Of a stretch of DNA of 64,000 bases, positions 9,344 to 20,798 are shown piece after piece. The position numbers were made by a program, and so were the translations under genes. The notes below the pieces were generated by a model that saw only the letters and a program-made list of their open reading frames with translations, was not told the DNA's origin and did not search any database. How positions within the stretch are numbered: the stretch's first letter is position 1; each line of letters begins with the position of its first letter. Origin of the DNA: Planctomycetales bacterium (GTDB lineage Bacteria > 4484-113); the NCBI GenBank assembly GCA_037441675.1, contig JBBIRS010000003.1, forward strand, positions 96,001 through 160,000, in the 5' to 3' direction.

Positions 9344-10642
9344 ATGGTTCAACGATTAAAATATTTTTTTGTATTAATCATAGTGATTCTTGCCACTAAT
9401 AGTGTAGTTGCCTTTGCAAGAGTTGACCGACCTGTAACACTTTCTTTTAATCCTGAAGAAGGTTCTTCTGAAAGGTATATGACCATAGTTACATTGGGAG
9501 GCACAATTACCCAACCGAAAAAAGTGGATTATATTGGAACAGACTTTCTAGGCGCGGTTGCTGGGAGAGGTTCAGAAGGATTGTATCGATTGAGAACTGT
9601 ATTTAAAGACGAGGTAGCGGCATCTCAAAGAGGTTTGAGCAGGCACGTTCTTACGTTTTACGATTTTGACGTATTGGAAGTTGCCGCGCAGAGGCGTCAG
9701 GAAGAAGGGCGAAGGGGTTTTGGGCCAGGTGGTGGGGGCAGAGGTGGTAGAGGGGGGGGTGGCGGAGGAGGTGGAGGCGCATCCACCCAATCCACAACTC
9801 AACCTATCTCTCCACTTCCTTTACCCCCTTCCACGTCAGGCTTTGAGCCTCTTCAGGCAGGACCTCCGGGCGGTGGGGGTAGAGATGGAGGGTGGCTACC
9901 TCCGAGTGGACCTCCCGCTGGAGCGGATAAGACCTTTGATACCAGTAAGCTCACGATTACAAACCTAGAGTACGTGCGCGCTAAGAACGGCGACATTCTA
10001 GATATTGGTGGCGAAGAACTGGAGTTAATCCAAGAGTATTCCAGACACGCGGTTAATATGGAGGAAGAAAAGCCGGGCATAATAAAGCTGAGTCTCTTGA
10101 ACGTTTTTGAGTGGACTCAACTGCTTAGGCTGCCCGATTATCCCGTTTGGCGTGAAGATATCTGGTTCGCAACTGTTCCGGTAACTATTCCTGGTCTGCG
10201 TAAGCCGATCCCGATGAACCTCATTTACCGTTTGATTGGATTTATAAGGGTTGGCACGCGAGAATTAGCCATTATTGACATTGACGGCATAGAACAGTTC
10301 CACGAATTTTGGGAAGAAGAAACTGATAAAGTGTTGGTGAAGTATGAGGGAATGGGTTCCTTTTCCATTGCGGCACGGTACCTTTTTGACATTGAGAGAG
10401 GAACTGTGTTCGGTATAGAACGTCCACCCATGTGGGATATGCTTACTATGAGCTTCTTCCCTGGTGATTTTGAACTTAAATTCCTTGAGATGAAATTTCC
10501 GGGATTGACCGCCAATCTTGACATGAAACTTTACACTGAGGAGCACAAGAAGAAGAGAACCAAGTACGAGAAGGAAGCAGCACCCAAATTGACCCGTCGG
10601 CAAGTCGCGCTGACGTTTATTATGCAAACTGAAGCTGAGTAG
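9344..10642 (+). CDS. Hypothetical secreted protein with Gly/Pro-rich insertion
   Basis: SD GGAGG, signal peptide ending VVAFA, low-complexity GGGG/PP segment inside a beta-rich domain. Confidence 0.7.
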   Translation: MVQRLKYFFVLIIVILATNSVVAFARVDRPVTLSFNPEEGSSERYMTIVTLGGTITQPKKVDYIGTDFLGAVAGRGSEGLYRLRTVFKDEVAASQRGLSRHVLTFYDFDVLEVAAQRRQEEGRRGFGPGGGGRGGRGGGGGGGGGASTQSTTQPISPLPLPPSTSGFEPLQAGPPGGGGRDGGWLPPSGPPAGADKTFDTSKLTITNLEYVRAKNGDILDIGGEELELIQEYSRHAVNMEEEKPGIIKLSLLNVFEWTQLLRLPDYPVWREDIWFATVPVTIPGLRKPIPMNLIYRLIGFIRVGTRELAIIDIDGIEQFHEFWEEETDKVLVKYEGMGSFSIAARYLFDIERGTVFGIERPPMWDMLTMSFFPGDFELKFLEMKFPGLTANLDMKLYTEEHKKKRTKYEKEAAPKLTRRQVALTFIMQTEAE

Positions 10643-10700
10643 AAAGTTGACGACAAAGTAAAGCTAGAAGATAAAACGCATGTCCATTCTCATAAGCTAA

Positions 10701-11321
10701 CTAGTTCGCTATGGGGAGTTGGACAACAACTTCAATTGCTATGCCGTCTTTGTTGAAGGATGTGGTTAGGGAAAACCCCTTGCCGAAGTAATACCAAGTT
10801 TCATACGCCCAGGACTGAACGATGGGTTCGCCCTTCTTGAAAACTTCTCGCTTGTGCCTTTCCTTGCGCACAGGTGGCCCAAACTTTCGCTTAATCTCGC
10901 TTGACTTATAGCCAAGCAGGTCTTTCTTTCCGTAAAACCTTTGGAAATCATCATAGTATGATGGAGGAATGTATAAATAAATAGCGGTAAGACCGAATTC
11001 TTCCTTGCCTTTCACCCTAAGCAATAGGCTATCTTTCGCATCTGTGAATTCATAGCTTCCTGGTTCTATTTCCCGAAGTAATTTGAATCCTTTTTCCTTC
11101 AGATCCTCCTTTAACTTGTCAATTCCCATGTATTCCATTCCCACAAAGAGACCATGCGAAAACTTAAGTCCTTCCGCGGATAAATCCCTAGGGAGAAAAT
11201 TTCTCTCAATATATATCCCAACTGGCAACCCAAAAGCTAACAGGATGAGGAAAAGGAAAAAGTATTTCCATACAGGCTTTTTCTTAGTAATTTCTGGTAA
11301 TCTTTCTGGGGGGAAATCCAT
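10701..11321 (-). CDS. Hypothetical membrane-anchored protein
   Basis: Single N-terminal TM. C-terminal 'I..KFG.P....ETWYY' is reminiscent of BamE/SmpA-like folds. Confidence 0.6.
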   Translation of the reverse strand: MDFPPERLPEITKKKPVWKYFFLFLILLAFGLPVGIYIERNFLPRDLSAEGLKFSHGLFVGMEYMGIDKLKEDLKEKGFKLLREIEPGSYEFTDAKDSLLLRVKGKEEFGLTAIYLYIPPSYYDDFQRFYGKKDLLGYKSSEIKRKFGPPVRKERHKREVFKKGEPIVQSWAYETWYYFGKGFSLTTSFNKDGIAIEVVVQLPIAN

Positions 11322-11453
11322 TATCTTGATTTAATAAAACAAAATATACTCAAATTTTACCCTAGCAATCTTAACAAGTCACTAAGTAAAATTAACGCGG
11401 ACAGAATTGGGTGAGATAATTTTAGCGGAGAAACTACAAAGAATAGAGAAACG

Positions 11454-12668
11454 CTAGCTAGCCAGTAGAGGCACTAAACCGGGCAAGGTTTTTCCGGCGA
11501 TAAATTCCAGACTAGCGCCACCACCTGTGCTTACGTGAGTAAAAATAGAGGATAAACCAAGCTTATTTAGCATTTCTAGGGTTTCGCCACCACCGGCAAC
11601 AGAAAAAGCCTTAGGATTTGACGCGAGAGCGTTAGCAACCTCTTGGCTACCTTTTTCAAAGGGAGAGGTTTCAAAAGCTCCAAGCGGACCATTCCAGAAT
11701 ATAGTGGATGAGGTACGGATATATTGCGCGTAGAGAGTGCGTGTAACATCACCAATGTCTCCGGCAATTTCTGAAGCACGTATCTCAGAAGGTTTTCTAT
11801 TCGCTAATAATCTAACTTGTTTGAAGTCATCGGTGACGGTGAAATCGGCGGGAAGAACTAGTGTAGTGGTGCTACGCCTATACTCGTCAATTAGCTCCTT
11901 CGCGGTCGAAAGCATTTCTGCATCAAAGACAGACTTGCCCATAGAGTTTCCCATTGCCTTAGAAAACGTGTTGGCGGTTGCACCGCCAACGAGTACTACG
12001 TCCGCCCTGCCGATTAGATTCTCCAAGACTGGTAGTTTATCAGCTATTTTCTTTCCACCGATGAGAACAGTGTATGGTCGTTCTATTTTATCTGTAAGGC
12101 GCGAAAGCGCTTGAACTTCCTTTTCCACGAGTAAGCCTGCGTATGAGGGGAGGAATTTGGTTACCCCAACAGTGGAGGCGTGGGCGCGATGAAGAGAGCC
12201 GAAAGCATCGCTAATAAAAATATCAAAAGGTGAGGCGAGCTTTTTAGCAAAATCTTCGTCGTTTTCCTCCTCCCCCGCGTAAAAGCGCGTGTTTTCAAGA
12301 AGGAGAACCTCATTCTCCCTCTGTTCCTTTACTGCGGATTCCACACTCTCGCCGATGCAATCTCCGACGAATCGAACATTCTCAAGTGCTGGATAAAGCT
12401 TTCTCAAGGATAACTCAAGCTCTCGCGCTACTGGTGCGAGGGAAAAAGCTGGGTCTGGCTTGCCTTTTGGTCGCCCTAAGTGAGAGATGATGGCAATTCG
12501 GCATTTTTGCTCAAGAAGATTCAAGATTGTGGGCAAACTTTCACGAATGCGGGTATCATCCTTGACCTTACCATCCTCAATGGGAACGTTAAAGTCAACA
12601 CGGACAAGAGTTTTCTTTCCTGAGACGACATCAGGCGAGATTAGATTCAAATTCATTGATACTCCCAA
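11454..12668 (-). CDS. pgk: Phosphoglycerate kinase
   Basis: RVDFNVP, SHLGRPKG, LLENTRF, HRAHAS, WNGPLG, STGGGASLEF. Confidence 0.98.
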   Translation of the reverse strand: MGVSMNLNLISPDVVSGKKTLVRVDFNVPIEDGKVKDDTRIRESLPTILNLLEQKCRIAIISHLGRPKGKPDPAFSLAPVARELELSLRKLYPALENVRFVGDCIGESVESAVKEQRENEVLLLENTRFYAGEEENDEDFAKKLASPFDIFISDAFGSLHRAHASTVGVTKFLPSYAGLLVEKEVQALSRLTDKIERPYTVLIGGKKIADKLPVLENLIGRADVVLVGGATANTFSKAMGNSMGKSVFDAEMLSTAKELIDEYRRSTTTLVLPADFTVTDDFKQVRLLANRKPSEIRASEIAGDIGDVTRTLYAQYIRTSSTIFWNGPLGAFETSPFEKGSQEVANALASNPKAFSVAGGGETLEMLNKLGLSSIFTHVSTGGGASLEFIAGKTLPGLVPLLAS

Positions 12669-12795
12669 TTCTTGAAGTTGGTGCTTTCTTATTATAAGGC
12701 GTAAAGCGCATCATTTGAAGGCAAAATAAGAGCTAAGAGGAAAAATCATTTAGCAGATAGCAGGAGGAGTTAAATTAATTTTGCCGTACTTGGAA

Positions 12796-12816
12796 TATAA
12801 TTCGTTAGTTGGCGAA
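12796..12816 (+). promoter_or_regulatory. -10 box followed by a probable ArsR operator
   Basis: TATAAT at 12796-12801, then imperfect palindrome TTCGTTAGTTGGCGAA directly before the arsR ATG. Confidence 0.4.
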
Positions 12817-13197
12817 ATGACGAATCAAATACTAAAAGATTTCTTGCGCGTGACGAGAGCACTATCTGATTCCACTAGGCTTCGGATTATCATGGCGCTA
12901 CGCAAGCGGGAGCTTTGCCTATGCCACCTTGTGGAGCTTCTCGGTCTGGCGCCATCTACGGTCTCCAAGCATTTATCCATACTGAAAGAGGCTGGTTTTG
13001 TTGCCGAGCGTAAGAAGGGCAAATTCGTGTTTAACCGCATTGATTCTGAGGGGGATTCCCCCATTGGGAGAGAAATTCTTAGACTGGCTATAAGGAATTT
13101 AGAGAAGGATAAGGCGATTAAAGCAGACGAAGTTGCGCTAAAAAGAATATTGAAACTTGAGCTGAAGAAACTGCTGGAGATGCAGGCGAAACGGTGA
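12817..13197 (+). CDS. arsR: ArsR/SmtB metalloregulatory repressor
   Basis: ALSD.TRLRI, ELCLCHL (ELCVCDL-type metalloid site), STVSKHL..L..AG. Confidence 0.9.
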   Translation: MTNQILKDFLRVTRALSDSTRLRIIMALRKRELCLCHLVELLGLAPSTVSKHLSILKEAGFVAERKKGKFVFNRIDSEGDSPIGREILRLAIRNLEKDKAIKADEVALKRILKLELKKLLEMQAKR

Positions 13198-13204
13198 TTT
13201 CAGA

Positions 13205-14503
13205 ATGAACTGGAAAAAGGAGGGAAACCTTCTCGTTTTGCTGGCGTTAGCGTTTGGTGTTGCCTACTTTCTGCCAACAGAAAATGCACGTTTTCAGGGC
13301 GCGGTTCTTGAGGGGTTTAATCTTCTAAAAGAGTACGCGCGTGAACATGTAGTTCTCTGCCTAATTCCGGCGCTTTTCATTGCGGGAGCCATATCGGTTT
13401 TCGTCAGCAAGGAGTCGGTGCTTAAGTATCTTGGCGCGGGAGCTAACAAAGTTCTTGCTTATGGGGTGGCGAGCGTGTCGGGAGCGCTACTTGCGGTGTG
13501 TTCCTGCACGGTTCTTCCGCTTTTTGCTGGGATATACGGAATGGGGGCGGGTATCGGCCCTGCCACTGCGTTTTTATACTCTGGGCCCGCTATAAACGTT
13601 CTCGCGATAGTTCTAACTGCGCGTGTGCTTGGCGTGGAGATTGGAATTGCGCGGGCGCTGGGCGCCATTCTCTTTGCGGTCGTCATAGGACTATTGATGC
13701 ACTTGATATTCCACCGCTCCGAGGCAGAGCGGATGGAAAGCTTCGGTAGCCAAGAATTTCCAAGACGGAAGAAGCGCCTCTCACAGGATGCGCTTTTCAT
13801 CGGGGTTCTTGTAGCAGTCCTCCTAAGCGGTACTTGGGCCAAATCCGGAGACGGGTCTAGCCTGTGGAACGCGATTTACAGCGTGAAGTGGATACTTGCA
13901 TCTTTGTTTGGAATTATTCTTGGAGTTTTGGTTGTCCGCTGGTTGAGGGTGAATTTCTGGCTTGTTTTGCTAACAGGCTTGGTAACTGCCTTGACAGCGG
14001 TGCTCTTTCCATCGGAGCCAAAGGCGGTTTATCTTGTTGCGGTGGTGGGACTTTCGGTAGCGCTTCTGAAGAGTGGCGGTGAGGCGGAGGAGTGGTTTAA
14101 CGCAACTTGGCTTTTGGCAAAGCAGATACTTCCGCTTCTTCTAATTGGAGTTTTAGTGGCGGGATTTTTCTTTGGGCGTCCCGCGCATGAGGGTATCCTA
14201 CCAAGCGAGTGGGTTATGCGCTTGGTCGGCGAGAACTCGCTAATCGCGAATTTCTTGGCGTCCATCATAGGGGCGGTAATGTACTTTGCGACGCTTACGG
14301 AGGTGCCAATTCTTCAGGGGCTGATGGGAAGCGGGATGAATAAGGGGCCCGCGCTGGCTCTACTTCTGGCGGGGCCCGCGCTATCTCTGCCGAGTATGCT
14401 GGTGATAAATAGCGTGCTTGGTACGAAGAAAACGCTTGCGTATATTTCACTTGTGGTGGTTATGGCTACGGCGACAGGGATGATTTTCGGGAGGTTCTTT
14501 TAG
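13205..14503 (+). CDS. arsP: ArsP/DUF318 permease
   Basis: LAVCSCTVLPLF, FLYSGPAIN, MYFATLTEVP, GPALSLP; located after arsR. Confidence 0.88.
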   Translation: MNWKKEGNLLVLLALAFGVAYFLPTENARFQGAVLEGFNLLKEYAREHVVLCLIPALFIAGAISVFVSKESVLKYLGAGANKVLAYGVASVSGALLAVCSCTVLPLFAGIYGMGAGIGPATAFLYSGPAINVLAIVLTARVLGVEIGIARALGAILFAVVIGLLMHLIFHRSEAERMESFGSQEFPRRKKRLSQDALFIGVLVAVLLSGTWAKSGDGSSLWNAIYSVKWILASLFGIILGVLVVRWLRVNFWLVLLTGLVTALTAVLFPSEPKAVYLVAVVGLSVALLKSGGEAEEWFNATWLLAKQILPLLLIGVLVAGFFFGRPAHEGILPSEWVMRLVGENSLIANFLASIIGAVMYFATLTEVPILQGLMGSGMNKGPALALLLAGPALSLPSMLVINSVLGTKKTLAYISLVVVMATATGMIFGRFF

Positions 14504-14609
14504 GCTGGGGGAACTTTGATAAGTGAGAAAGAGTTAATAAATGGGCGAGTGAGTATCAAGGTGGAAGGTTGATAAATTTGCAAGTGTTAATTAATAGGAG
14601 GAAAGTTTT

Positions 14610-14867
14610 ATGAAACTAATTGAAATTCTTGGGCCGGGATGTCAGAGGTGTGTAGCCCTTTATGAGCTGACCAAGATGGCTTTAAAGCTACTTGGAGTGG
14701 AGTGCGAAGTGAAGAAGGTTGAGGACATGAGAGAGGTTATGGCGAGAAAAGTCTTGATGACGCCAGCGCTTATCGTGGATGGGAAGGTGAAGGTGAGGGG
14801 AAGAGTTCCAACTATTGATGAGCTTAGGCAAATTCTTGTCAACATTCTTGCAGAGGAGGAGGCATAA
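14610..14867 (+). CDS. Small redox-active disulfide protein (Thioredoxin_3/MTH895-like)
   Basis: IEILGPGCQRC and V..TPALIVDG.V...GRVP; typical companion of arsP. Confidence 0.9.
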   Translation: MKLIEILGPGCQRCVALYELTKMALKLLGVECEVKKVEDMREVMARKVLMTPALIVDGKVKVRGRVPTIDELRQILVNILAEEEA

Positions 14868-15090
14868 TAAGGAGGAGACATAATAGGGGCTGATGGGCAA
14901 GGATTAGAAGTGGGGGGGGGGAAGATATGGATGCCTGCGCCTGCGGGAAAGATTTGCCGGAGCGGATGCTTCGGTGTTGAGGCAAAGAGCGTCTTAATAG
15001 TTGTTTATGAAAAACTAACGACATCTAGCCAAGATGGCACATTGGGCATATGATAAAATTGCCAATGGGAGATTAGAAAGGAGGAAGGCA

Positions 15091-17705
15091 ATGGGAGCAC
15101 ACCAAACCCGTGTCAACAGTTCTACGCAAATGGGAGTCAAGGAGGAACAGTTCTTTGATACCCTGCGAAATGTTTTCGTTGGTGCGAAGATTGAGGGCGA
15201 GGGCGGATTTATCAACCTAATGCGCATTAAGTCCAAGTATTACACCGATGGCGTCTTCCCCAAGCTTAAGGCGGATATAGATAAAGCCCTGGAGTCCTTT
15301 CCAGGGTTCCGCGAGGAGCTTTTTGACAAGCTTTACACTTTCTTCAGCAGGTACTTCTTGGAAAGCGGTTCAATTTACTTTACTTCCACTCCGTATCACA
15401 AGTCCGTTTACGAGCACGTTTACACGGATGATAAGGACGTGATGCTTTTCTGGAAGACGCATATGCTCTACTATGTGAAGACCGATCGGCTCTTCAAAAG
15501 TATGGACGTGGAGCTTGACGGCGTAAAGTTCTTCTTTGACGTTTCAACGCTAGAGCATAAGCGCGCAAATGAGAAGCGCGAGCTTATTTACGAATTCAAG
15601 GAAAAGCGAGGGGATGGAGTTCTCGCCTTCACGGCCTCTTTCTCGGAGAAGGGACGCAAGACAAAGGAGGAAGAGATTTTGCGGACGCTGAGAAGGGAAG
15701 GCGTACAGTAAACAGAATCGACACTGGAGCGAGCCTTTGGGACTTTTGAGCGGCAATCCGAGGTTGACTTTTTCATCAACAAGAATGCGAAATCCTTCCT
15801 TGAGGAGCAGTTTAACCTTTGGATGTATGAGTATATATCCGGCAAGATGAGGGAAAAGCCGGATAGAAGCGAATGGACTGAGAAGCGGATTAAACAGCTT
15901 CAAGTGTTGAAGGATATAGCTTTTAAGATAATTGCCTTCATAGCACAGTTTGAGGATGAGCTTGTGAAAATCTGGAAAAAGCCAAAGTTTGTGCTGAACT
16001 CAAGCTACGTGATAACCCTGGACAGGATAGCGGAGAAGGATGTAGCCCTTGTTGCGAAAATCCTGAAACACAAAGGAATTAAGAGCCAAATAGAAGAATG
16101 GAAGGAGCTTGGAATAGTTGACGATAGCTTCAGGGCAGAAGATGTTTTCACAAAGCAGAAGAAGCTCTCCGGTGAGGGACTGAGCGAAAAGTATCAGCAC
16201 CTACCCATTGATACTAGATACTTCAAGGACCTTGAGCTTGAGATTCTTTCCCTGTTTGATAATCTTGATAACTCCCTTGTTGGCTGGCTGGTTAAAAGCG
16301 AAAACTATCAAGCGCTAAATACCATTCTTCCAAAATTTAAGGAAAAAGTGCAGACGATTTATATTGACCCGCCGTTTAATAAAGAAGAGGAGGCGGATTA
16401 TTTTTATTCTGTTAAGTATAAAGACTCTTCCTGGGCAACTTTGCTTGAAAATAGATTGAGATTAGCAAGAGATTTATTGAATGAAAAAGGAAGTATTTTT
16501 GTAAGATGTGATTACAACGGAAATTGGATTGTCAGACCTTTGATGGATGAGATTTTTGGAAAGGAGAATTTTAGGAATGAGATAATTGTAAAGAGAGGAG
16601 CTCCTAAAGCTGGATTATTTTTGCAATTTGGAAATTTAAAATCCATAGGCGTAATGTACGATAATCTCTATTGGTTTTCAAAAAATCAAGATAAGGTTTA
16701 TGGTAAGTTTATTGAATCTCTTCCAGAGGAAAGAAAAGGTTATTGGACCAGCTTCAAAAAAATTTATGATAGACCAACTATGCGGTATGAAATTTTAGGA
16801 ATTAATATCACCGAAGGACAGTGGATGTGGAATAAAGAAAGAGCCTACAAAGCGGTAGAAAATTATCAAAAGTACCTTGAGATTTCCCAAAAAACTGGAG
16901 AGACTTTAGAAGAATATTGGATAAAAACTGGTCAAAAATTAGAATTCGTAAGGAGGGAAGGAAATTCTATTCAATACTGGGTTCCTCCAAAAGAGAAAAT
17001 CCTACTTGACAATAATTGGTTAGATATTCCTGGATATTCTAAAGGATGGGGCTTCAAAACCGAAAATTCGGAGATTCTTCTCAAGCGTGTCATAGAATCC
17101 ACATCCAACGAAGGCGACCTTATTATGGACTTTTTCCTTGGCTCTGGCACTACCACAGCAGTAGCTCACAAATTGGGTAGAAGGTGGTTAGGGGTGGAGA
17201 TGGGAGAACATTTTTATTCTGTAGCTTTGCCGAGAATGAAAAAAGTTTTGGCTTATGATAAGTCGGGGATTTCAAAAGAAAGCGATGTGAAAGAGAAATA
17301 CAACGAGAAGAATGCAGGGGGGGTTTTTTCAAGTACTGTGAGCTTGAGCAGTATGAGGATACGCTGAGAAGGGTGAAGTATGAGAATGCCGATCTCTTTG
17401 AAGACCCAAGCAGAGATCCGTATAACTCTTACGTTTTCCTGCGGGATTTGAAGTTGCTTGATTGCGTGGAAGTGGATTATGAAAAGGACAAAGTTAATGT
17501 GGATTTGAGCAAACTTTATAGTGGAGAGAGAGATGGCAAGGAGATTGACATTGCTGAGACAATATCAAACCTAAGGGGAAAGTGGATAAAGAGGATTGAG
17601 GAGGAAAAAGTAGTGTTTGAGGACGGCGAGGCGGTGAATACTAAGGATGTGGACTTTCAGACGATTAAGCAATTGATTTGGTGGGAGCAGTTAGCCAAAG
17701 GCTGA
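15091..17705 (+). pseudogene. mod: Type III R-M Mod subunit (N6-adenine methyltransferase), disrupted
   Basis: IYIDPPFN and DFFLGSGTT motifs. In-frame TAA at 15709-15711, after which the same frame continues TESTLERAF..DFFINKNAK. +1 frameshift at the G7 run 17317-17323; removing one G gives GGFFKYCELEQYEDTL and joins ORF 17373-17705. Confidence 0.88.
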
Positions 17706-17727
17706 TAAAATTGGAACGGCTAATAAA

Positions 17728-20700
17728 ATGGAGAAGCGCCAATCTATGCCAAGTGTGGAGCAAAGGCGGTTTTATCCAAAGCTTCAGGAGATAGCCTCTT
17801 ATTGCTCTTATGAGGACTTGCCTGGCGTGTGGAACTCCTTTGACCTCTGCATTTTTTCCAAAGAGAAAAAGCTGTGGGAATATCAAAAAAAAAGCGCTTA
17901 AAAACGCCCTAATAGTGTTACATAGGTATTATGAAAAAGCCAGAGATTATGAGCCGGATGAGGACTTGGAGAGCGCAAATGACAAGAGGATAAGGGAACT
18001 CGTGAAGAGCTATGAGGATGTAGGAGTTAGAGTTGACGAAGAGATGAGCTTTGATGTTAAGAAGGAAAAGGTTACAAGTCTCATCGAGAGCGTGTGGCAA
18101 GATATCTTAACTGATCACTACGATTCCCGTAAGAAGTTAATCCATTTTCAGCCTTTCGCTAATAGAATGTGCTTTTGGATGGCTACGGGAAGCGTGAAGA
18201 TACTGGTGCTTATTGAACTTATTGTCATTCTGCGGGAGCTGATGAGGAGAAAGGAGATACCGGAGAACGACATTCTCGTTTTAACGCATCGGGAAGACCT
18301 AATAGCCCAGCTAAAAAACCACGTTTGGGAGTTTAACGGGTCCAACCCTGAATGCGAAATTGTCCTTCATGAACTTAAGGAATACGCGAATGTGAAGAAT
18401 TCTAATCCGAACCTTTTCTTGGAAAACCAGATTCACATTTTCTACTACCGCTCTGATAACTTAACGGAAGAGCAGAAAGAAAAGCAGATAGATTTTAGGA
18501 ACTATGATAACGGCGGGAGGTGGTACGTCTTTCTGGATGAGGCGCACAAGGGTGACCATGAGGATTCTAAGCGCAAATGGATTTACTCGCTTCTAAGCAG
18601 ACAGGGATTCCTCTTCAATTTCTCCGCAACGTTCACCGATAAACGCGACATAATTGCTACGGTATACGAATTTAATCTGAGCTCGTATATTAAAGATGGA
18701 TATGGGAAACATCTATTCATCCTAGAGCAGGAAGTCCGTGCGTTCAGAGAAGATGAACCCTACACCGATGATGAGAAGCAGAAGATAGTTCTAAAGTCTC
18801 TCTTACTTCTAACTTACTGCAAGAAGTTTGCGGAGAGCGTGAGAGCTGTTGATAAGAATATGTATCATAGCCCGCTAATGTTAACACTTGTTAACAGCGT
18901 GAACGTTGAGGATGCAGATTTGGAGCTTTTCTTCAGGGAGCTCGTGAAGATTGGGAATGGCGAAGTTTCCAACGATATGTTAAATGAATGCAAGGAGGAC
19001 CTGCGCAAAGAATTCAATTCGACTCAAATGTTTCTCTTTGAGGAGGAAACGAGTGAGAAAGCTCAAGTGAACCACGAGAAACTAAAAGGTATCAACCTAG
19101 AGGAAATTCTTAAATACGCATACAACGCTCCTAGTCAGGGTTCAATTGAAGTTTTGGTTCGGCGGAGCAACCGTCAAGAGCTGGCATTCAAGCTCAAGGC
19201 AGCGGACATGCCATTTGGGCTAATCAAAATAGGAGATATCTCAGGGTGGCTTAGCAAAAAGCTGACTGGCTACGAGATACAAGAACGATACGAGGATGAC
19301 GCATTCTTTGAGAACCTGAACCGCGATGACTCAAGCATCAACATACTGATGGGCTCTCGGACGTTTTATGAGGGCTGGGATTCAAATAGACCCAACGTAA
19401 TTTTTTACATTAACATAGGCGTGGGGGAAGAAGCGAGGAAATTCATTCTGCAATCGGTGGGGCGTGGTGCAAGAATTGAGCCGATCAAAGGTAAGCGCAG
19501 AAGAGCTGGATTCTTAAAGCTAAATTACGAAATGGACGAAGGAACATATCGCCGAATTGAGAAGGATGTTCAGCCATTGGAGACGCTTTTTGTCATCGGG
19601 ACCAATAGGGATGCTATTAAGTTTGTCTTAGAATCTCTTAAAAACGAGAGGAAAGAGGCTAAAGTTATCAAGCTGAAAAAGAATCCAGCCGCTAGCGGGA
19701 AAGTTTTCCTTATACCGGTTTACAGGGTTGGCGATGAACCTATCGTGAAAAAAAGGAAAAAGTTTCCTCTCAGTAGAGACAACCTGAAAACTCTTAAGCG
19801 AGCGTTGGAATGTTTTGATGAACGTGTGCTGATTGCCCTCCTGGTTGACCGATATAGAGTCACACCCCGTTCAATAAGACTTCTTCGAGATCTTATAAAG
19901 GAGGAGCAACTCAAGCCATCTTCAGAAATAAGGACATATAAGTCTCTTGAACATGTCCTGGAAAGCGCATTTTCATACATGGATGTTTGGGACGAGGATG
20001 TTGATAAATTCGTTGAGTTATCGGAAGAGATTAAACACTTTAATAATATTAGGGTTTACCTAGAGGATGTAGCAAAGCTAGAGGAAAAAATTACACAGGT
20101 AGAAGGTCACGGTCGTGCCAAGGAGCAGAAAGTGGAACTGATGCAAGAGGTACGAGAAGGGAAGCTTGACCCCGACGACGCATTTAAGAAGGCTGAGAAA
20201 GTCTTGAAAGAATGTCCGGAAGAGGTCGAGTTTGAGTATGAGCGGAAACGGTTAGTGATAAGGTACATTGAGCCACATTATTACCTGCCAGTAATAACCG
20301 CCACAGATGAGCGAGTTGATTACATCTCTCATATTATTAAGGAAGATAGTGAAGTAAGATTTATAGATCACATAGTGGATTCATTGAGAAATGCGAGAAG
20401 TTTATTTGAGCAGTCAGACTGGTGGATGTTCAGCAAGATCGATGAAAGCCAGGATGAGGTTTATATTCCATACTTGAATCACGAATCTGGGAGGATCTCG
20501 CGGTGGTATCCTGACTTTATCTTTTGGCTCCAGAAGGGGAGTGACTACTTTATCGTTTTCATTGATCCGAAGGAACATGTGTATACAACATATGAGCAAA
20601 AGGTTGAAGGTTATAAACGTCTTTTCAATGAAGAAGATGGTAGAGTGAAGGTATTTTCACATAATGGATTTAGTGTCCGAGTGTATGCCTACCTCTGGAC

Positions 20701-20788
20701 TACCGACAGTGATAAATTGATTGGGAATTACCGTGACTACTGGTTCGAGGATATCGAAGGTTTGCTGTCGAAGGTATTGAGGGGCTGA
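17728..20788 (+). pseudogene. res: Type III R-M Res subunit (SF2 helicase-like + PD-(D/E)xK nuclease), frameshifted
   Basis: LDEAHKG, FNFSATF, EGWDSNRPN, QSVGRGAR, PDFIFWL..IDPK. The N-terminus from ATG 17728 (..LPGVWNSFDL..KLWEYQ) is out of frame at the A9 run 17885-17893. Walker A reads MATGSVKI rather than MATGSGKT. Confidence 0.85.
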
Positions 20789-20798
20789 AAGTTGGGCG

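Noticed and set aside
20781..20790. GGGGCTGA resembling a tmRNA 5' end
   Set aside because: It is the end of res. No GAC D-loop motif, T-arm or CCA end follows.
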